NCBI GenBank assembly: GCA_965219955.1
Contig: OZ244799.1
Location: forward strand, 2,688,001-2,752,000
Reading direction: 5' to 3'
Length of the DNA: 64,000 nucleotides
Source: a bacterium
GTDB taxonomy: Bacteria; UBA8248
Made by a program: the position numbers and the translations under genes. The number at the start of each line of letters is the position of its first letter. Position 1 is the first letter of the stretch. The notes beneath the pieces were generated by a model. It was not told where the DNA came from. It searched no databases and saw only the letters and a program-made list of their open reading frames with translations. Of this stretch, positions 49,560-60,674 are shown in pieces.

Positions 49560-49961
49560 CTATTCGTCGAAGTGGTAGTCGATCTGGTCGAAGCGGTCCC
49601 GCGCGAACGAGAATACCAGGATGAGCGATTCTGTGCCGGTGCAGTGCAGCGTGTGCCTGGCATTGGGCGGAATATAGGCGGCGCATCCGGGGCCGACGTC
49701 GGCCGCGCGGTCGTCGATTTCCATGCGCCCGCGCCCCTGCACGATGTAATAGGTCTCTTCCGGTCCGTGGTGATGCAGCAGGAGCCGCTCGCCCGGCGGG
49801 ATCTCCGCGATGCCGGTGACGAGCCCGGCGCTCTCGGTGCGTTCGCCCGCGGTCAGGAGTTTCCAGCGGATGGCGCTGCGCGCGGCGACATCGGCATCCT
49901 CCCACCCTTCCCAGGGCAAATCCGCCTGGTCGATGATGACGGGCCGCGTCTGTGTTCTCAT
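49560..49961 (-). CDS. Cupin domain protein
   Basis: [15 protein letters not shown] and YIPPNARH motifs. Confidence 0.82.
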   Translation of the reverse strand: MRTQTRPVIIDQADLPWEGWEDADVAARSAIRWKLLTAGERTESAGLVTGIAEIPPGERLLLHHHGPEETYYIVQGRGRMEIDDRAADVGPGCAAYIPPNARHTLHCTGTESLILVFSFARDRFDQIDYHFDE

Positions 49962-50509
49962 CGTTACTCGCCCTTTCTTCGGCGTTTTGCACAACGGCGG
50001 CTGGAAGTCCTGCCGAACCCGAAGCGGCCGTTGCGAAGACGTCCTTCGCGCATTTACCGTCCCGCCGAAGCGGCGCAGGCGGACGAAACAAATGTGGGTC
50101 GGGATGACAAGGATTGCAACTGATTTTTTTGGAAATCCCCTGATTTTCCAGGCAATTTGTGATTATTTTATCTCGATTTGCATATTTTTCTCTCCGAAGC
50201 CATCGTCACCGGCCGGGAGGTAGAGGGTGCGGGGGCGAGGCCGATATCAGGGGTTTCGGTTCCCAGGGGACTTGCGAACTCCCTCACCGGAAACTCCTCC
50301 GGCTCTCCTCCCGTGTCGTTCGCCGGGAAAAGAAAAGATATTGAAAAGTCACAAAATATTTGCCTCGGCTACTCTAAAAGTGCTAAACTGCAGGCAGCAT
50401 TAAGTGACTGCCGGGAAAATTCCCTTGGTCCTAAAAGACACCGCTCCACGTATTGTATTCTCGGTTGGCGTCCATGACGCCTTTCAGACCTGCCACGAGG
50501 GGGTGAACG

Positions 50510-51820
50510 ATGAAAAATCGGACAAATCGTTTCGGTTTGGCGCTTCTTGGATGTGTAACAGCCCTGGCGTTGTTTGTCGCACCGGCCGCCGGGGGTGAAA
50601 TCGACGATCTCAAGGCGCAGATCAAGGCGCTCATGAATCGGCTCGAAGCTCTCGAATCCCGGGAGAAGAAGATGAAGGCCGATATGATGGCCGCCCAGGA
50701 TGCCGCCCGGAAAAAGGCTGTGGCTACCGGCGACTTCCCGGGCTCCTGGAAGATGCCGGGATCGAACACTTCCGTCTCCTTCAGCGGCTACGTCAAGCTC
50801 GACGCTATTTATGATTTAGACCAGGACCTGGGCGATTCCTTTTTCGGCTATGACTGGGCAGGCGGCGCGAGCGGCATACTCCTGGAAGGCGATGACAGTG
50901 GTCAACGCAAAGCCTCCCTGCACGCCAGGCAGACGCGCCTGCGCTTCGACAGCCTGACGCCGACAAAAACGGGTGACCTCAAGACCCGGATCGAAACCGA
51001 TTTCTACGGTGGCGGCAACGCCCTGCGCCTGCGTCACGCCTACGCCTCTCTGGGCGGGGTGCTGGCGGGACAGACCTGGACGACGTTGATGGATGCGAAC
51101 ACCTACGCCGACACGGTGGACTTCGAAGGTCCTGTGGGCGTGGTGGCAACGCGCCGGCCTCAAGTCCGCTACAGCCAGGCGGTGGGGAAGAATCTCACGA
51201 TGCAGGTGGCGCTCGAGGATCCAAGCGCCCCGACTATCCTGATGGGCGGCGGAAAAACGTCCTCCCAGGAGCGGATTCCGAACCTTGTGGCGGCTCTGCG
51301 AATGAAAACGAGTTGGGGCGCCATCAACGTGTCCGGGTTGCTGGGGCAGGTTCTCTACGAGGAAGGCGCGACGGAAGAAAGTGTCACAATGAGCGCTCTC
51401 CACCTCGGCGCGAACATCGGCCTGGGCAAGGCCACCCGCCTTTGGGGCACGTTCAACGTCGGCCAGGGCGGATTGGACCAGTCCATGCTGGGAGCGCCCG
51501 CCGCCGCTGTCTTGAGCGCAAACAACGAACTGGAAGCGCTGGATTCCATGGGCGGTTTCGTCGGCCTCACGCATAACTGGACCGGCGCTGTGAGTTCGGG
51601 CCTGTATTACGGCTGGGTGGAGAACGATTTTGACGATGCCGCCAAGGCGGCGTATCCGGCCCTCAGCCAGTCGCTCCAGACGGTGCACGCCACCATCTGG
51701 TGGTCACCCGCGCCCAAGACGAGGATTGGTGCGGAGATCATTCAGGGATGGCGCGAGACGAACGGCGGCGAGGAGGGCGACGCGACGCGCCTGCAGTTGG
51801 GTTTCGTGTACAGCTTCTAG
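50510..51820 (+). CDS. DcaP-family trimeric outer-membrane porin
   Basis: Signal peptide, coiled coil, FSGYVKLD, ARQTR, IETDFYG, RLRHAY, LAGQTW motifs and C-terminal YSF. Confidence 0.85.
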   Translation: MKNRTNRFGLALLGCVTALALFVAPAAGGEIDDLKAQIKALMNRLEALESREKKMKADMMAAQDAARKKAVATGDFPGSWKMPGSNTSVSFSGYVKLDAIYDLDQDLGDSFFGYDWAGGASGILLEGDDSGQRKASLHARQTRLRFDSLTPTKTGDLKTRIETDFYGGGNALRLRHAYASLGGVLAGQTWTTLMDANTYADTVDFEGPVGVVATRRPQVRYSQAVGKNLTMQVALEDPSAPTILMGGGKTSSQERIPNLVAALRMKTSWGAINVSGLLGQVLYEEGATEESVTMSALHLGANIGLGKATRLWGTFNVGQGGLDQSMLGAPAAAVLSANNELEALDSMGGFVGLTHNWTGAVSSGLYYGWVENDFDDAAKAAYPALSQSLQTVHATIWWSPAPKTRIGAEIIQGWRETNGGEEGDATRLQLGFVYSF

Positions 51821-52016
51821 GATTTCACTGCGGGGGCTGCAGGGTCCGGTCGGGCCAGGAGAGCCGCGTCGTTCGGCGCGTGGGCGCCGACCGGCGAAAA
51901 GGTTGCTCCCGGTTACGGGCTCCTTCGCGTTTCCGCATCGCCTTTGTCGTGGCGAAAACCCGCCTCCGGTCAGCAAGGGGCGCAACACGCTCCATCGCTC
52001 GTTCATTTCGTGCGGC

Positions 52017-53054
52017 TCAAGCCGAATCGAGCGCCGCCTCGACCTTTTTCGCCACATCGGCCGGAACCCACTTCTTCCAGACCTTGCTGGTCTTCAGGAA
52101 ATGGATTGCGGTGGCCTTGGCGTCGCCGCCGGCCTTGCTCTCGAGATAGGCCAGCATCTTCGAGACGTCTTTGGATGGAAGCGTGTATTTCTCGATGAAG
52201 GCGACGATCTTCGCATGCCTGGCCGCGAACTTCGTGGTGACCGACTTCGGCAGTTCCGCCGTCCGGTAGGCGGTCGCCTTCCTGGGATTCCCCATGGCCT
52301 CCACCCCGCCCTTCTTGAGCGCGTTCACGTGCTTCAGCATCTCGCTCCAGTCGGCCTCGTTCCACTTGGGCTCTTCGAGCTGAACGAGGTCGAGCTGTCC
52401 CAGGAGCGGCGTCGGCGCCCAGTAATAGGCGAGCACGGGTTTTTTCTTGAGATACGCGCCCTTGATGGCCGCCGCGAGCGCTCCGCCCGAACCCGGCCGG
52501 AAATTGGTGAAGTGTTTTTCCAGCCCGTAGGCGCGCAGCTTCACCGTGTTGATGACCTCGCACGACCAGCCGGGAATGCAGTTCACGAACCGTCCCTTGG
52601 AGGGCTCTTCGGGGTCCTTGAAGAGATGCTTGTACTTCGGCAGGTCGAAGACCGACTTGAGTCCCGGGTTCGCCTTCTGGACGAAGCGCGGGATGAACCA
52701 GCCCTGTATGCTGTCGGGCGTGTTGACCCCCACCTGCTTGACCTTGCCGCTCTTCATGGCGGGGTCGTACTGCGCCTTCACGTTGTCGTACCAGAGCTCC
52801 ATGACAATGTCGTTCTTGCCCTCGTAGTGGGCCGTCATGATCGGCAGCGTGCCGCCGTAGATGAGCCGCACCCGGCAGCCGTAGCCGTGCTCCAGGATGA
52901 AGGCGGTCACCTGATCGTGAAAGTTCGCGCTGTCCCAGTTCAGGTCGCCGATGCGGACGCTGCAGGCGGCGTCCGCCCGGCTCGGGAGGGATACGAGCGC
53001 CGCAGCTCCTAGTGCGATGGTCAAAACGAAGATAAGAAGAACTCTGGATTTCAT
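52017..53054 (-). CDS. Glycine betaine/proline-type ABC substrate-binding protein (orphan)
   Basis: LNWDSA, ELW, FKDPEEPSKGRF.NC..GW.C and YYW.P motifs. Confidence 0.87.
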   Translation of the reverse strand: MKSRVLLIFVLTIALGAAALVSLPSRADAACSVRIGDLNWDSANFHDQVTAFILEHGYGCRVRLIYGGTLPIMTAHYEGKNDIVMELWYDNVKAQYDPAMKSGKVKQVGVNTPDSIQGWFIPRFVQKANPGLKSVFDLPKYKHLFKDPEEPSKGRFVNCIPGWSCEVINTVKLRAYGLEKHFTNFRPGSGGALAAAIKGAYLKKKPVLAYYWAPTPLLGQLDLVQLEEPKWNEADWSEMLKHVNALKKGGVEAMGNPRKATAYRTAELPKSVTTKFAARHAKIVAFIEKYTLPSKDVSKMLAYLESKAGGDAKATAIHFLKTSKVWKKWVPADVAKKVEAALDSA

Positions 53055-53557
53055 GGCTGGCCCCCCTGTTCTCGTTGTGCGTGCCGGTCGATTCGGAAAA
53101 AGCGCCGGAGCCTCCTCCCGGGAGAGAGTCAAACCCCACCCGGAACGGCCGGCGGTTTCCGCGCTTTCAGTCATCATGCATATCCTTGCAGGTAGCCGCA
53201 GGATTCATTATACAGAAACATCCTATCCATTCGGTATCTGTCTGCTTCGCCTTCATGCCTTTATTGTGTATTCATGCATTTTTCGCCCTGCCTCCAGGTC
53301 CACAGAGGCAAGAACGATGAGGGGATACGACGAGCCGGCGCGCGCAGGTGCGGGATCCTCCTGAGAGGCTCGAAGCGCTGGCAAACGGCCCGAATCACCG
53401 ATGACGCGAAGCGCCGCCGGCTCCGCCCGGCCCGCGCCTTCCCCATCCTTGCGTCGGCATCGTGTCGTGAACGGCCGGGGGCCCTGGATGAAGCCCGGTG
53501 TCGGGTCGCGGGGTGATGAGCATCAAGAATTCGCCGCCACGAACCGGACACGCCGCT

Positions 53558-54040
53558 TCAGCGAAGAGGGCTTTTCAGGTACTTGAAGACCCCGTACCCC
53601 GCCCTGTCATGCGCCTCGTCCACCACGTATTCTATGGGAACGATCTGCAGGCCCTCCCATTTCGTGTGTTCGGCGAAACCAAGGGTCTGCGTCAGATAAA
53701 TGCCGACGGATACCTCATGCGCCTCCCCATGTCCGGCCCCCGTCCGAAACCGGCAGCGATACCCCGCCGTGAACCTCGAACCCGGCGGCTGGAAGGCATT
53801 GGAAATCCACATCCACGCGTCCGATTCCTTTTCCGTTCGCGCGGAATCCTTCCGGTAGGCGACCCCGTTGTTTTCGGCGTATTTCATGGCGAAATCCACG
53901 CAATATCCCGACACGGCGAGGGCGCCTCGCGAACGCGGGACGGCGGTGCTCCTATCCCCGGCCCGCCCGGCTTCCCCGTTGACGGCGCCGGCACAGCCTG
54001 TGAGCATGAAAACGAGAACGAAAACGGATGTTTTTCTCAT
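53558..54040 (-). CDS. Hypothetical lipoprotein
   Basis: Lipobox MLTGC; paralog remnant at 59195-59640. Confidence 0.7.
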   Translation of the reverse strand: MRKTSVFVLVFMLTGCAGAVNGEAGRAGDRSTAVPRSRGALAVSGYCVDFAMKYAENNGVAYRKDSARTEKESDAWMWISNAFQPPGSRFTAGYRCRFRTGAGHGEAHEVSVGIYLTQTLGFAEHTKWEGLQIVPIEYVVDEAHDRAGYGVFKYLKSPLR

Positions 54041-54086
54041 TCTTGCCTCCACCGCCGCGCCGGACGGCGCCGGTCCCGGGCGAGCT

Positions 54087-54929
54087 TCACTGCTTGAGAT
54101 CGACCCGCTCCACCCAGTCCCTGCCCTTGAACCAGTAGCGGTGCCGCCCGGCCAGCCAGCCGTTCGCCCTGTTGACCAGAATCCAGTTCGAGAAGAAGCG
54201 CAGCGCGTCCGGATCGCCCTTGCGCAGACCGAACGCCTCGTCGCTCTGGGAGAGGTTCTCCGTGGTCGGCAGGAATATCCGAGCCGGGTGGGCGGCGGCC
54301 CATACCACCGGCTGCGGGCAGGAGGAGAGGACCGCGTGCGCGTTGCCGCTCAGGACTTCGCGCAACGCCCCGGCGTCGTCGTCGAACCTGCGAACCACCG
54401 CCTTCGGGAACAGCCGCTCGATGTCGCTGCACGAGGTGGCGCCGCGGCGGCACGTGAAGGTCACCCCTGCGCTGTCGTAGTCGTCCGGCCACTTCATCTC
54501 CGCGGCCATCGCCCTGCTGGCCGCGATCCCCATGCCGGAGTGCGCGTAGGGAACGGTGAAGTCGATGGCGAGCCTGCGGCGGGGGCGCACGCTCATGCCC
54601 GCGATGATCACGTCGAACTCGCCCGCGATCAGGGCGGGGATGAGCCTCTCCCAGGGTGTCGGGACGAACTCGATACCCACGCCCATGTCCCTCGCGACCT
54701 TCCTCGCGACGTCGATCTCGAACCCGACCAGTTCTCCGCTCCTCGTCCGCATCGCCCAGGGGACGAAGATCGACATGCCGGCCCTGAGCACCCCGCGTTT
54801 CCTGATCGTCTCGACAACGCTCCCGGACAAGGGCTGTTTCGGTTCGATCTGCGCGGCCGCCCCGGTAGCGATCGCCATGACGAGCGCGGCGGCCATGACC
54901 GGTTTCCATGCCGCTTCGGGCCATCTCAT
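54087..54929 (-). CDS. Polar amino acid ABC substrate-binding protein
   Basis: RGVLRAG, GFEIDVA, LIPAL.AGEFDVIIAGMS and IDFT.PY motifs. Confidence 0.9.
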   Translation of the reverse strand: MRWPEAAWKPVMAAALVMAIATGAAAQIEPKQPLSGSVVETIRKRGVLRAGMSIFVPWAMRTRSGELVGFEIDVARKVARDMGVGIEFVPTPWERLIPALIAGEFDVIIAGMSVRPRRRLAIDFTVPYAHSGMGIAASRAMAAEMKWPDDYDSAGVTFTCRRGATSCSDIERLFPKAVVRRFDDDAGALREVLSGNAHAVLSSCPQPVVWAAAHPARIFLPTTENLSQSDEAFGLRKGDPDALRFFSNWILVNRANGWLAGRHRYWFKGRDWVERVDLKQ

Positions 54930-55286
54930 CGGCTTCTCCCCCTCTCCCGCGGCGCTGCCCGTCATCTTGCCGGGTGCGGCGCACCGTGCCCGTTGAAATC
55001 CCGCCGCCGATACGAACATACCCGCATGAAAACCGCAAGAACGATGCGGGCGCCGGGGCGCTCATGGCCTCATCCGGTGACGCTCCGTCGCGATGGACCG
55101 CCGGGAGGCTGCGGAAGGCGGAGGCGCGGCCGGGCGTCCGGGAGAGGCATTTCCGCTGAACACGTCCACCCTTAGACAGGAGAGCGAACATGCGGAAACC
55201 CGAACCCGGGGCAAGCACTTTCCTCACTCATCTCTTCGGGAAACCTGCGCCTCGAAGCGTTGTTGCCGGAGTTCGAGCGGGGCGGG

Positions 55287-55886
55287 TCAGTCGAGGATCT
55301 GGAAATGCGCTTCGGTCGGCTCGCGCGCCTCGCCGTTGACAGGCAGGATGTCCTGCGGGCAGGCGGAGAAGGCGACGACGACGTCGAGATTGGCCTCGAA
55401 CAGCACGTGGTCACCCGCTTTCGAGACCGGCGCGGCGAATTCGAGGTTGCCGTCCGCCTCCCAGGGGATGTTCATGAACAGGTTGAGCGGCGAGGGCGTC
55501 TCGGGCGGCGTCAGTCCGAACTCGTAGAGGGCTGCGGCCAGATTGTCGGTGCAGTTGTCGTGGTATTCCGTGCAGCCGAGCAGGCCGTAGCGGTAGTCGT
55601 CACATGCGGCGATCAACGTGTCGTGAACGCCGGGCGAGGTGTCCTCGACGAGCGTCAGGATGGGACGGCGGCGGTTGCTGTAGAGCGCATCGCCCACCTC
55701 CGGTCGCATCTTCGTCAGCGTTGCGCGGGTGTGTTCCATCGACATGAACTCGCGCAGGTCGCGCTGCGTGAAGGCCCATGTGTCCACGACCTGCGCGCCG
55801 TGGGTGTTGACGACCTTGATCTTCTGGCCCCTGGCGACCGGAGCGGCCCTGCCGCATCGCGCCGGAATCGTCTGCAGCCCGGACAT
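55287..55886 (-). CDS. DUF1989 / urea-carboxylase-associated family protein
   Basis: G.QVVD, LYSN, HD.LI.ACD, C..NL, NLFMN and SACPQD motifs. Confidence 0.85.
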   Translation of the reverse strand: MSGLQTIPARCGRAAPVARGQKIKVVNTHGAQVVDTWAFTQRDLREFMSMEHTRATLTKMRPEVGDALYSNRRRPILTLVEDTSPGVHDTLIAACDDYRYGLLGCTEYHDNCTDNLAAALYEFGLTPPETPSPLNLFMNIPWEADGNLEFAAPVSKAGDHVLFEANLDVVVAFSACPQDILPVNGEAREPTEAHFQILD

Positions 55887-55975
55887 GGCTTGCCTCCCGT
55901 AGTGGCTGGAGCGGCCAACATAACCCCCGCGTCGCGGCGGCGTCAAGGCGTCGCGACGCCTCCGGGGCTCCGGGT

Positions 55976-56004
55976 TTGACAGGCGTCGGTGAGTTCACTA
56001 GATT
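55976..56004 (+). promoter_or_regulatory. Sigma70-type promoter of the ABC operon
   Basis: TTGACA-N17-TAGATT. Confidence 0.65.
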
Positions 56005-56098
56005 TTGAGGGCGAGGCCGTCATGGGCGCTCGCTGAGGCTTTATTCCATTCCGCGCCGGCGGCGCCGGCGCAGCGCTTGAGAGGGGAGGATCGGGACA

Positions 56099-56953
56099 TT
56101 GACTTCATTCAAACGGGCGTGGGCGGTCGCATTCGCGGTTGCCGTGGCGGCGAGTCTTGGTTTTTCCGGTGGTCCGGCCAGGGCGGATCTCCTCTCCGAT
56201 ATCAAGAAACGAGGCGAATTCATTGTCGGGACCGAGGCCCGGTTCCCGCCCTTCGAGTTTGTCAAGGACGGCAGGATCGTGGGCTACTCGACAGACATCA
56301 TGGCGCACGTCATGAGGGCGTTGCCGGGCGTCAGGCTGACCCGGCTCGATCTTCCCTGGCAGGGGATTCTTCCCGGCCTGTCGGCGGCCAAGTTCGACTA
56401 CGTCGTCACCTCCGTGACCGTCACCAGGGCGCGCTACGAGAAGTACGCGCTGAGCCTGCCGATCGCAGACGCGACCATGGCGCTGGTCAAGCGCAAGGGC
56501 GACGATTCGATCAGGGCGCCTGAGGACATCGCCGGGCACGTGGTGGGCTCACAGGCGGGCTCGGCGCAGCTGCAGGCCCTCCAGGCTTTCGCCGGGAAGC
56601 TCAAGGGCGCAGGCAAGGGGGTCAAGGGGATCAAGACCTACGTCGATTTCAACGAGGCCTTCGCCGATCTGGCGGCAGGAAGGATCAGCGCCGTATGCAA
56701 CAGCCTGCCGAACCTGCTGGATCTCGTCCGCAAGCGGCCGGACAGGTTCGAGCTGGTGCTGCCGACATTCGGTCCCAAGAAGTATTTCAGCTGGGCCGGG
56801 CGCAAGGACGCCAACAGCGCTTCGCTGGTCGCCTTCATGAATGAGCAGCTCGCCAGGCTCAACAGGTCGGGTGTGCTGACCGCGCTGCAGAAGAAGTGGT
56901 TCGGCGGGCCCATGGAGTTGCCGTCCGACAAGCTGCCGGTGCCGCACGACTAG
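56099..56953 (+). CDS. Amino acid ABC substrate-binding protein
   Basis: Signal peptide; GTEARFPPFEF, GILPGL and KWFG motifs. Confidence 0.9.
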   Translation: MTSFKRAWAVAFAVAVAASLGFSGGPARADLLSDIKKRGEFIVGTEARFPPFEFVKDGRIVGYSTDIMAHVMRALPGVRLTRLDLPWQGILPGLSAAKFDYVVTSVTVTRARYEKYALSLPIADATMALVKRKGDDSIRAPEDIAGHVVGSQAGSAQLQALQAFAGKLKGAGKGVKGIKTYVDFNEAFADLAAGRISAVCNSLPNLLDLVRKRPDRFELVLPTFGPKKYFSWAGRKDANSASLVAFMNEQLARLNRSGVLTALQKKWFGGPMELPSDKLPVPHD

Positions 56954-56983
56954 GCGCCGGCCGGCAATCGACGGGTCCCGCCG

Positions 56984-57637
56984 GTGGATTTTTTGGGCGT
57001 CATTTCGAACCACTACGGCGCGTTCCTCGCCGGGGCGGGGATGACCGTCACGGTCTCGGCGGTCTCCATCGCCGCCGGCATGGTCCTGGGTCTCTGGCTC
57101 AGTTTCGGCCTGATCTCCCGGAGACGGGCGATCCGGCGGCCCTCGGCCGCCTACCGGAGCGTCTGGCGAGGGACGCCCATCCTGGTGCAGTTGCTGATCG
57201 TCTTCTACCTGCTGCCGGAGATCGGCCTCGACGTGCCGCCGGTCGCCGCGGCGATGATCGCGCTGGCGATGAACACCGCGGCGTTTCAGGCCGAGATATT
57301 CCGGGGCGGCCTGCTGTCCATCCCGCCGGGCCAGGTCGAGGCCGCGCGCATGCTCGGGATCGGCATGCCGGCCATCCGGGTCAGGATCCTGATTCCGCAG
57401 ATGATGCGCCTGGTCCTGCCGGCGCTCGTCAACGAGACCATCAGCATCCTCAAGAACTCCTCGCTGATCTCGGTGATCGCGGTGACCGAACTCATGCGCA
57501 CCAGCCAGCAGGTGGTGTCCGTCACGTACCGGCCGCTGGAAGCCTACACGATCGCGGCCCTCATATACCTCGCCATGAACCTGGTGCTGGCCCGCGCCGG
57601 GGCCTGGTTCGAGAGGCGCTACGCGGCGGCGCGCTAG
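56984..57637 (+). CDS. Amino acid ABC permease
   Basis: RGTP.LVQL and AEIFRGG...GQ.EAA motifs. Confidence 0.92.
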   Translation: MDFLGVISNHYGAFLAGAGMTVTVSAVSIAAGMVLGLWLSFGLISRRRAIRRPSAAYRSVWRGTPILVQLLIVFYLLPEIGLDVPPVAAAMIALAMNTAAFQAEIFRGGLLSIPPGQVEAARMLGIGMPAIRVRILIPQMMRLVLPALVNETISILKNSSLISVIAVTELMRTSQQVVSVTYRPLEAYTIAALIYLAMNLVLARAGAWFERRYAAAR

Positions 57638-57655
57638 CCGTTCAAGGGGGAAACC

Positions 57656-58312
57656 GTGTCGTTCGACATCGACATCATGTTGCGCTACGGCCCGCTGTTG
57701 CTGTCGGGACTGTGGACGACGGTCCATGTCTGCGCGCTGGCGTCGCTTCTGGCCGTCGCCGCCGGTCTCGGGGTTGCGGTGCTCTACGGCCTGCCGATGC
57801 GCCCCGTGAAGCTCCTGTGCCGGGCCTACATCGAGGTCATGCGCGGGACCCCGATACTGACCCTGCTGTTCATCCTCTACTACGGGGGGCCTTCGTTCGG
57901 CCTGACCCTTGATGCCGAACCGGTCGGGATCATCGGCCTCGGGCTCTACGGCGGGGGGTATTTCGCAGAAATATTCAGGGCCGGGTTCCAGTCCATCCCT
58001 GCGGGGCAGCTCGAAGCCGCGCGCATGCTCGGCATCCCCCGACGGCTGATCGTCGCCCGCATCCAGATCCCCCAGATGCTGACGCTGATCATCCCCCCGT
58101 CCACGAACCAGATCATCATCCTGGTCAAGGAATCGGCCCTGCTGTCGATCATCACCGTCGCCGAGCTGACGAAGAACACGACGCAGATGGTCAACGAGAC
58201 CTTCGCCGTGGTCGAGCCCTACGTGGCGGTCGCCCTGCTCTACTGGCTGATCATCGAGGGCATCGCGCTCACCGGCGGGGCGCTCGAGCGCCGGTTCAGG
58301 TACGCATCATGA
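57656..58312 (+). CDS. Amino acid ABC permease
   Basis: RGTP and AEIFRAG..GQLEAA motifs. Confidence 0.92.
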   Translation: MSFDIDIMLRYGPLLLSGLWTTVHVCALASLLAVAAGLGVAVLYGLPMRPVKLLCRAYIEVMRGTPILTLLFILYYGGPSFGLTLDAEPVGIIGLGLYGGGYFAEIFRAGFQSIPAGQLEAARMLGIPRRLIVARIQIPQMLTLIIPPSTNQIIILVKESALLSIITVAELTKNTTQMVNETFAVVEPYVAVALLYWLIIEGIALTGGALERRFRYAS

Positions 58313-59115
58313 CGGGCGAAGCGCCAGGCGGCGCCATGGAACAAAAACCCGTGGTCCTGGTCGAGGGCCTGCACAAGCGCTTCGGCGCGGCTCACGTCCT
58401 CAAGGGGATCGACCTCGCGGTCGAGAGTTCACGGGTGGTCTGCGTCATCGGCCCGTCGGGTTCGGGAAAGAGCACGCTTCTGCGCTGCATGGCGTTTCTC
58501 GACCGCTACGACGAGGGCCGGGTGTTCATCGAGGGCCGGCTGCTGGGCTACCGCGAGGCCGGCGGGGGGCTCGTGCCCGACAGCGAGCGCAACATCGACA
58601 GCGTGCGCAGCGTCATCGGCATGGTCTTCCAGCACTACAACCTGTGGCCGCACAAGACGGCGCTCGGCAACGTGACCGAGGCGCTGCGCGTGGTGAAGAG
58701 ACTCGGCAGGCGGGAGGCGGAGGCGATCGGCATGGAGACGCTGGCCAAGGTGGGGATGGACGACAGGGCCCACGCCTATCCGGCCCAGCTCTCGGGCGGT
58801 CAGCAGCAGCGCACCGCGATCGCCCGGGCGCTGGCGATGCGGCCGCACGTGATGTATTTCGACGAGCCGACGTCGGCGCTGGACCCCGAACTCGTGGGCG
58901 AGGTGCTTCAGGTGATGCAGGAGCTTGCGGGCGAGGGCATGACCATGGTCGTGGTCACCCACGAGATGGGATTCGCCGCGCACGTGGCCGACGAGGTCGT
59001 GTTCATGGACGAGGGCGAGGTCATCGAGCGGGGTTCCCCGGACGGCATCTTCAAGCAGCCGCGAAGCGAGCGCCTGCGCGAGTTCCTCGATACCTGGCGG
59101 GCGCGCTCGATTTGA
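58309..59115 (+). CDS. Amino acid ABC ATP-binding protein
   Basis: [25 protein letters not shown] and VTHEM motifs. Confidence 0.95.
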   Translation: MTGEAPGGAMEQKPVVLVEGLHKRFGAAHVLKGIDLAVESSRVVCVIGPSGSGKSTLLRCMAFLDRYDEGRVFIEGRLLGYREAGGGLVPDSERNIDSVRSVIGMVFQHYNLWPHKTALGNVTEALRVVKRLGRREAEAIGMETLAKVGMDDRAHAYPAQLSGGQQQRTAIARALAMRPHVMYFDEPTSALDPELVGEVLQVMQELAGEGMTMVVVTHEMGFAAHVADEVVFMDEGEVIERGSPDGIFKQPRSERLREFLDTWRARSI

Positions 59116-59194
59116 CGGCCGGGGCCCGTCCCCTCGGCCGGACCCGAACCGGGCGGCTGCGGGTCTCGCAGGCAGGCGCGGGATTCTCCTCGTT

Positions 59195-59640
59195 CTATTC
59201 GGCGGGCTCGTCTCTGAGGTGTTTGAATACCGCATAGCCCGCCGTATCGTCCGATTCATCCACCACATGCCTTATCGGAACGATCTGCAGGTTTCTCCAT
59301 TGCGTGTATAAGGCGAAATCCAGGGTCTCCGCCAGAAACAGGCCGACGGAGACAACGCGCGCGCCCCGGTCCGATCCCTCGCCCGGAACCGGCAGTCGTA
59401 TCCCCCGACAAAGGTGGAGCCTGCGGGGAACACGAGGTTGGACAGGCTGTTCAGAACGCTTTCGAGGAACGATTTCTGCTCCACGCGTACGGAATCCGGC
59501 GACAGCGAATACCCCTTGTTCGCCGTCCATTTCGCGGCGAAACTCCTGCAATGCCCCTGCAGGCTCACGCCCTCTTCAGGGGATGTCCGCCCCCCGTGGC
59601 CTTTCCCGCCGGCGCAGGCAATGGAGCGGCGGAGGACATG
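59195..59640 (-). pseudogene. Frameshifted paralog of the 53558-54040 lipoprotein
   Basis: GHCRSFAAK..GYDCRFR in one frame and VSVGLFLAET..LQIVPI..GYAVFKHL in another; 5' boundary approximate. Confidence 0.65.
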
Positions 59641-59662
59641 CTCCGGGGAAGCCGGCCGAAAG

Positions 59663-59935
59663 CTAGCGCACCGCGTCCCGCAGGGCCTTGCCCGCCTTGA
59701 AGGCGGGCGTCTTCGAGGCGGCGACGGTGATGCGCTCCCCCGTGGCGGGGTTTTGTCCCTGACGCGCCGCCCGGCTCCTGGTCGAGAACGTGCCGAACCC
59801 CGGCAGGGTGACTTTCTCCCCGCTCGCGAGAGCGCCCCGGATGGCCTCCAGGAGCGCATTCACCGCGCGCTCCGCCTCGGCCTTCGACAGCGAGTCCTGC
59901 TCCGCGACGTGAGCCGCGATATCCGATTTCCTCAT
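59663..59935 (-). CDS. HU family DNA-binding protein (90 aa)
   Basis: MRKSDI, GFGTF, G.NPATGE and PAFKAGK motifs; AAGGA RBS. Confidence 0.93.
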   Translation of the reverse strand: MRKSDIAAHVAEQDSLSKAEAERAVNALLEAIRGALASGEKVTLPGFGTFSTRSRAARQGQNPATGERITVAASKTPAFKAGKALRDAVR

Positions 59936-60674
59936 TTGTCGTTCCTTTCCGTACCGATTCGTATGTGATTGGGCGTATGAGCCATGAGTGCGACGGGGCC
60001 GGATTATGCCGCCGCATCGCTCGCCGGGCAAGCTTGCCGGTGTGTCCGGGGGAGAGAGACGGCGGGTACGCGCGGGCCGGGCCGGAGGGGCCGGGCGGCG
60101 CCCGCCGTCCCCGGAACGCGCAGCGCAAGGGAAAGCCCGAGCCCCGCGGCTCGTGGGCTTCGCACGCGTCCCGGCGAGGTCGAGGGAGAGCGTCTCGCGG
60201 CTCCCCTCGCGCCGGACCACCCGGCCCCCGTTCCCGTTTCCCGAAGGACGCCACCCCTCCCTGCAACGGGAGGTAGCCGGGAGGGGCGGTCGGCCGTTTC
60301 AGAGGGGGTGACCCAGGGTCACGAGGAGGCGCTCCGTTTCCCCCCTGAAACGTCCTTCCCTGCAAAAACCGCCACTCCTTCCGGTTGCGCAAGGCATCGG
60401 TGAGCGCAACACGTCCGTCACGAAGCAGGGAACCGGAAGGGGCGGAATCTCCAACTCTTTTTCAACATCGCTTCGGAGTATAAACGAAGCAGTATGAATT
60501 TAGCGTATTCTTCCGGGTTCAACCCATATTTTATTCGTGTAGATGCGCGGCAAAATGCGCTTTTTCGGCGTCGGCAGCCTCCACCATGCTCCGCCGGTGC
60601 GGGTTGCGCCGCCCGGAGGCGCGAACCCGGACGTCCCTTTCCCGCAGAAGGCCGACGTCCGGGCGGGATACAGC

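Noticed and set aside
60541-60560. Further copy of the AAATGCG box (agatgcg..aaatgcg)
   Set aside because: Spacing is 12 rather than 10 bp, flanks differ, and no virion gene is nearby.
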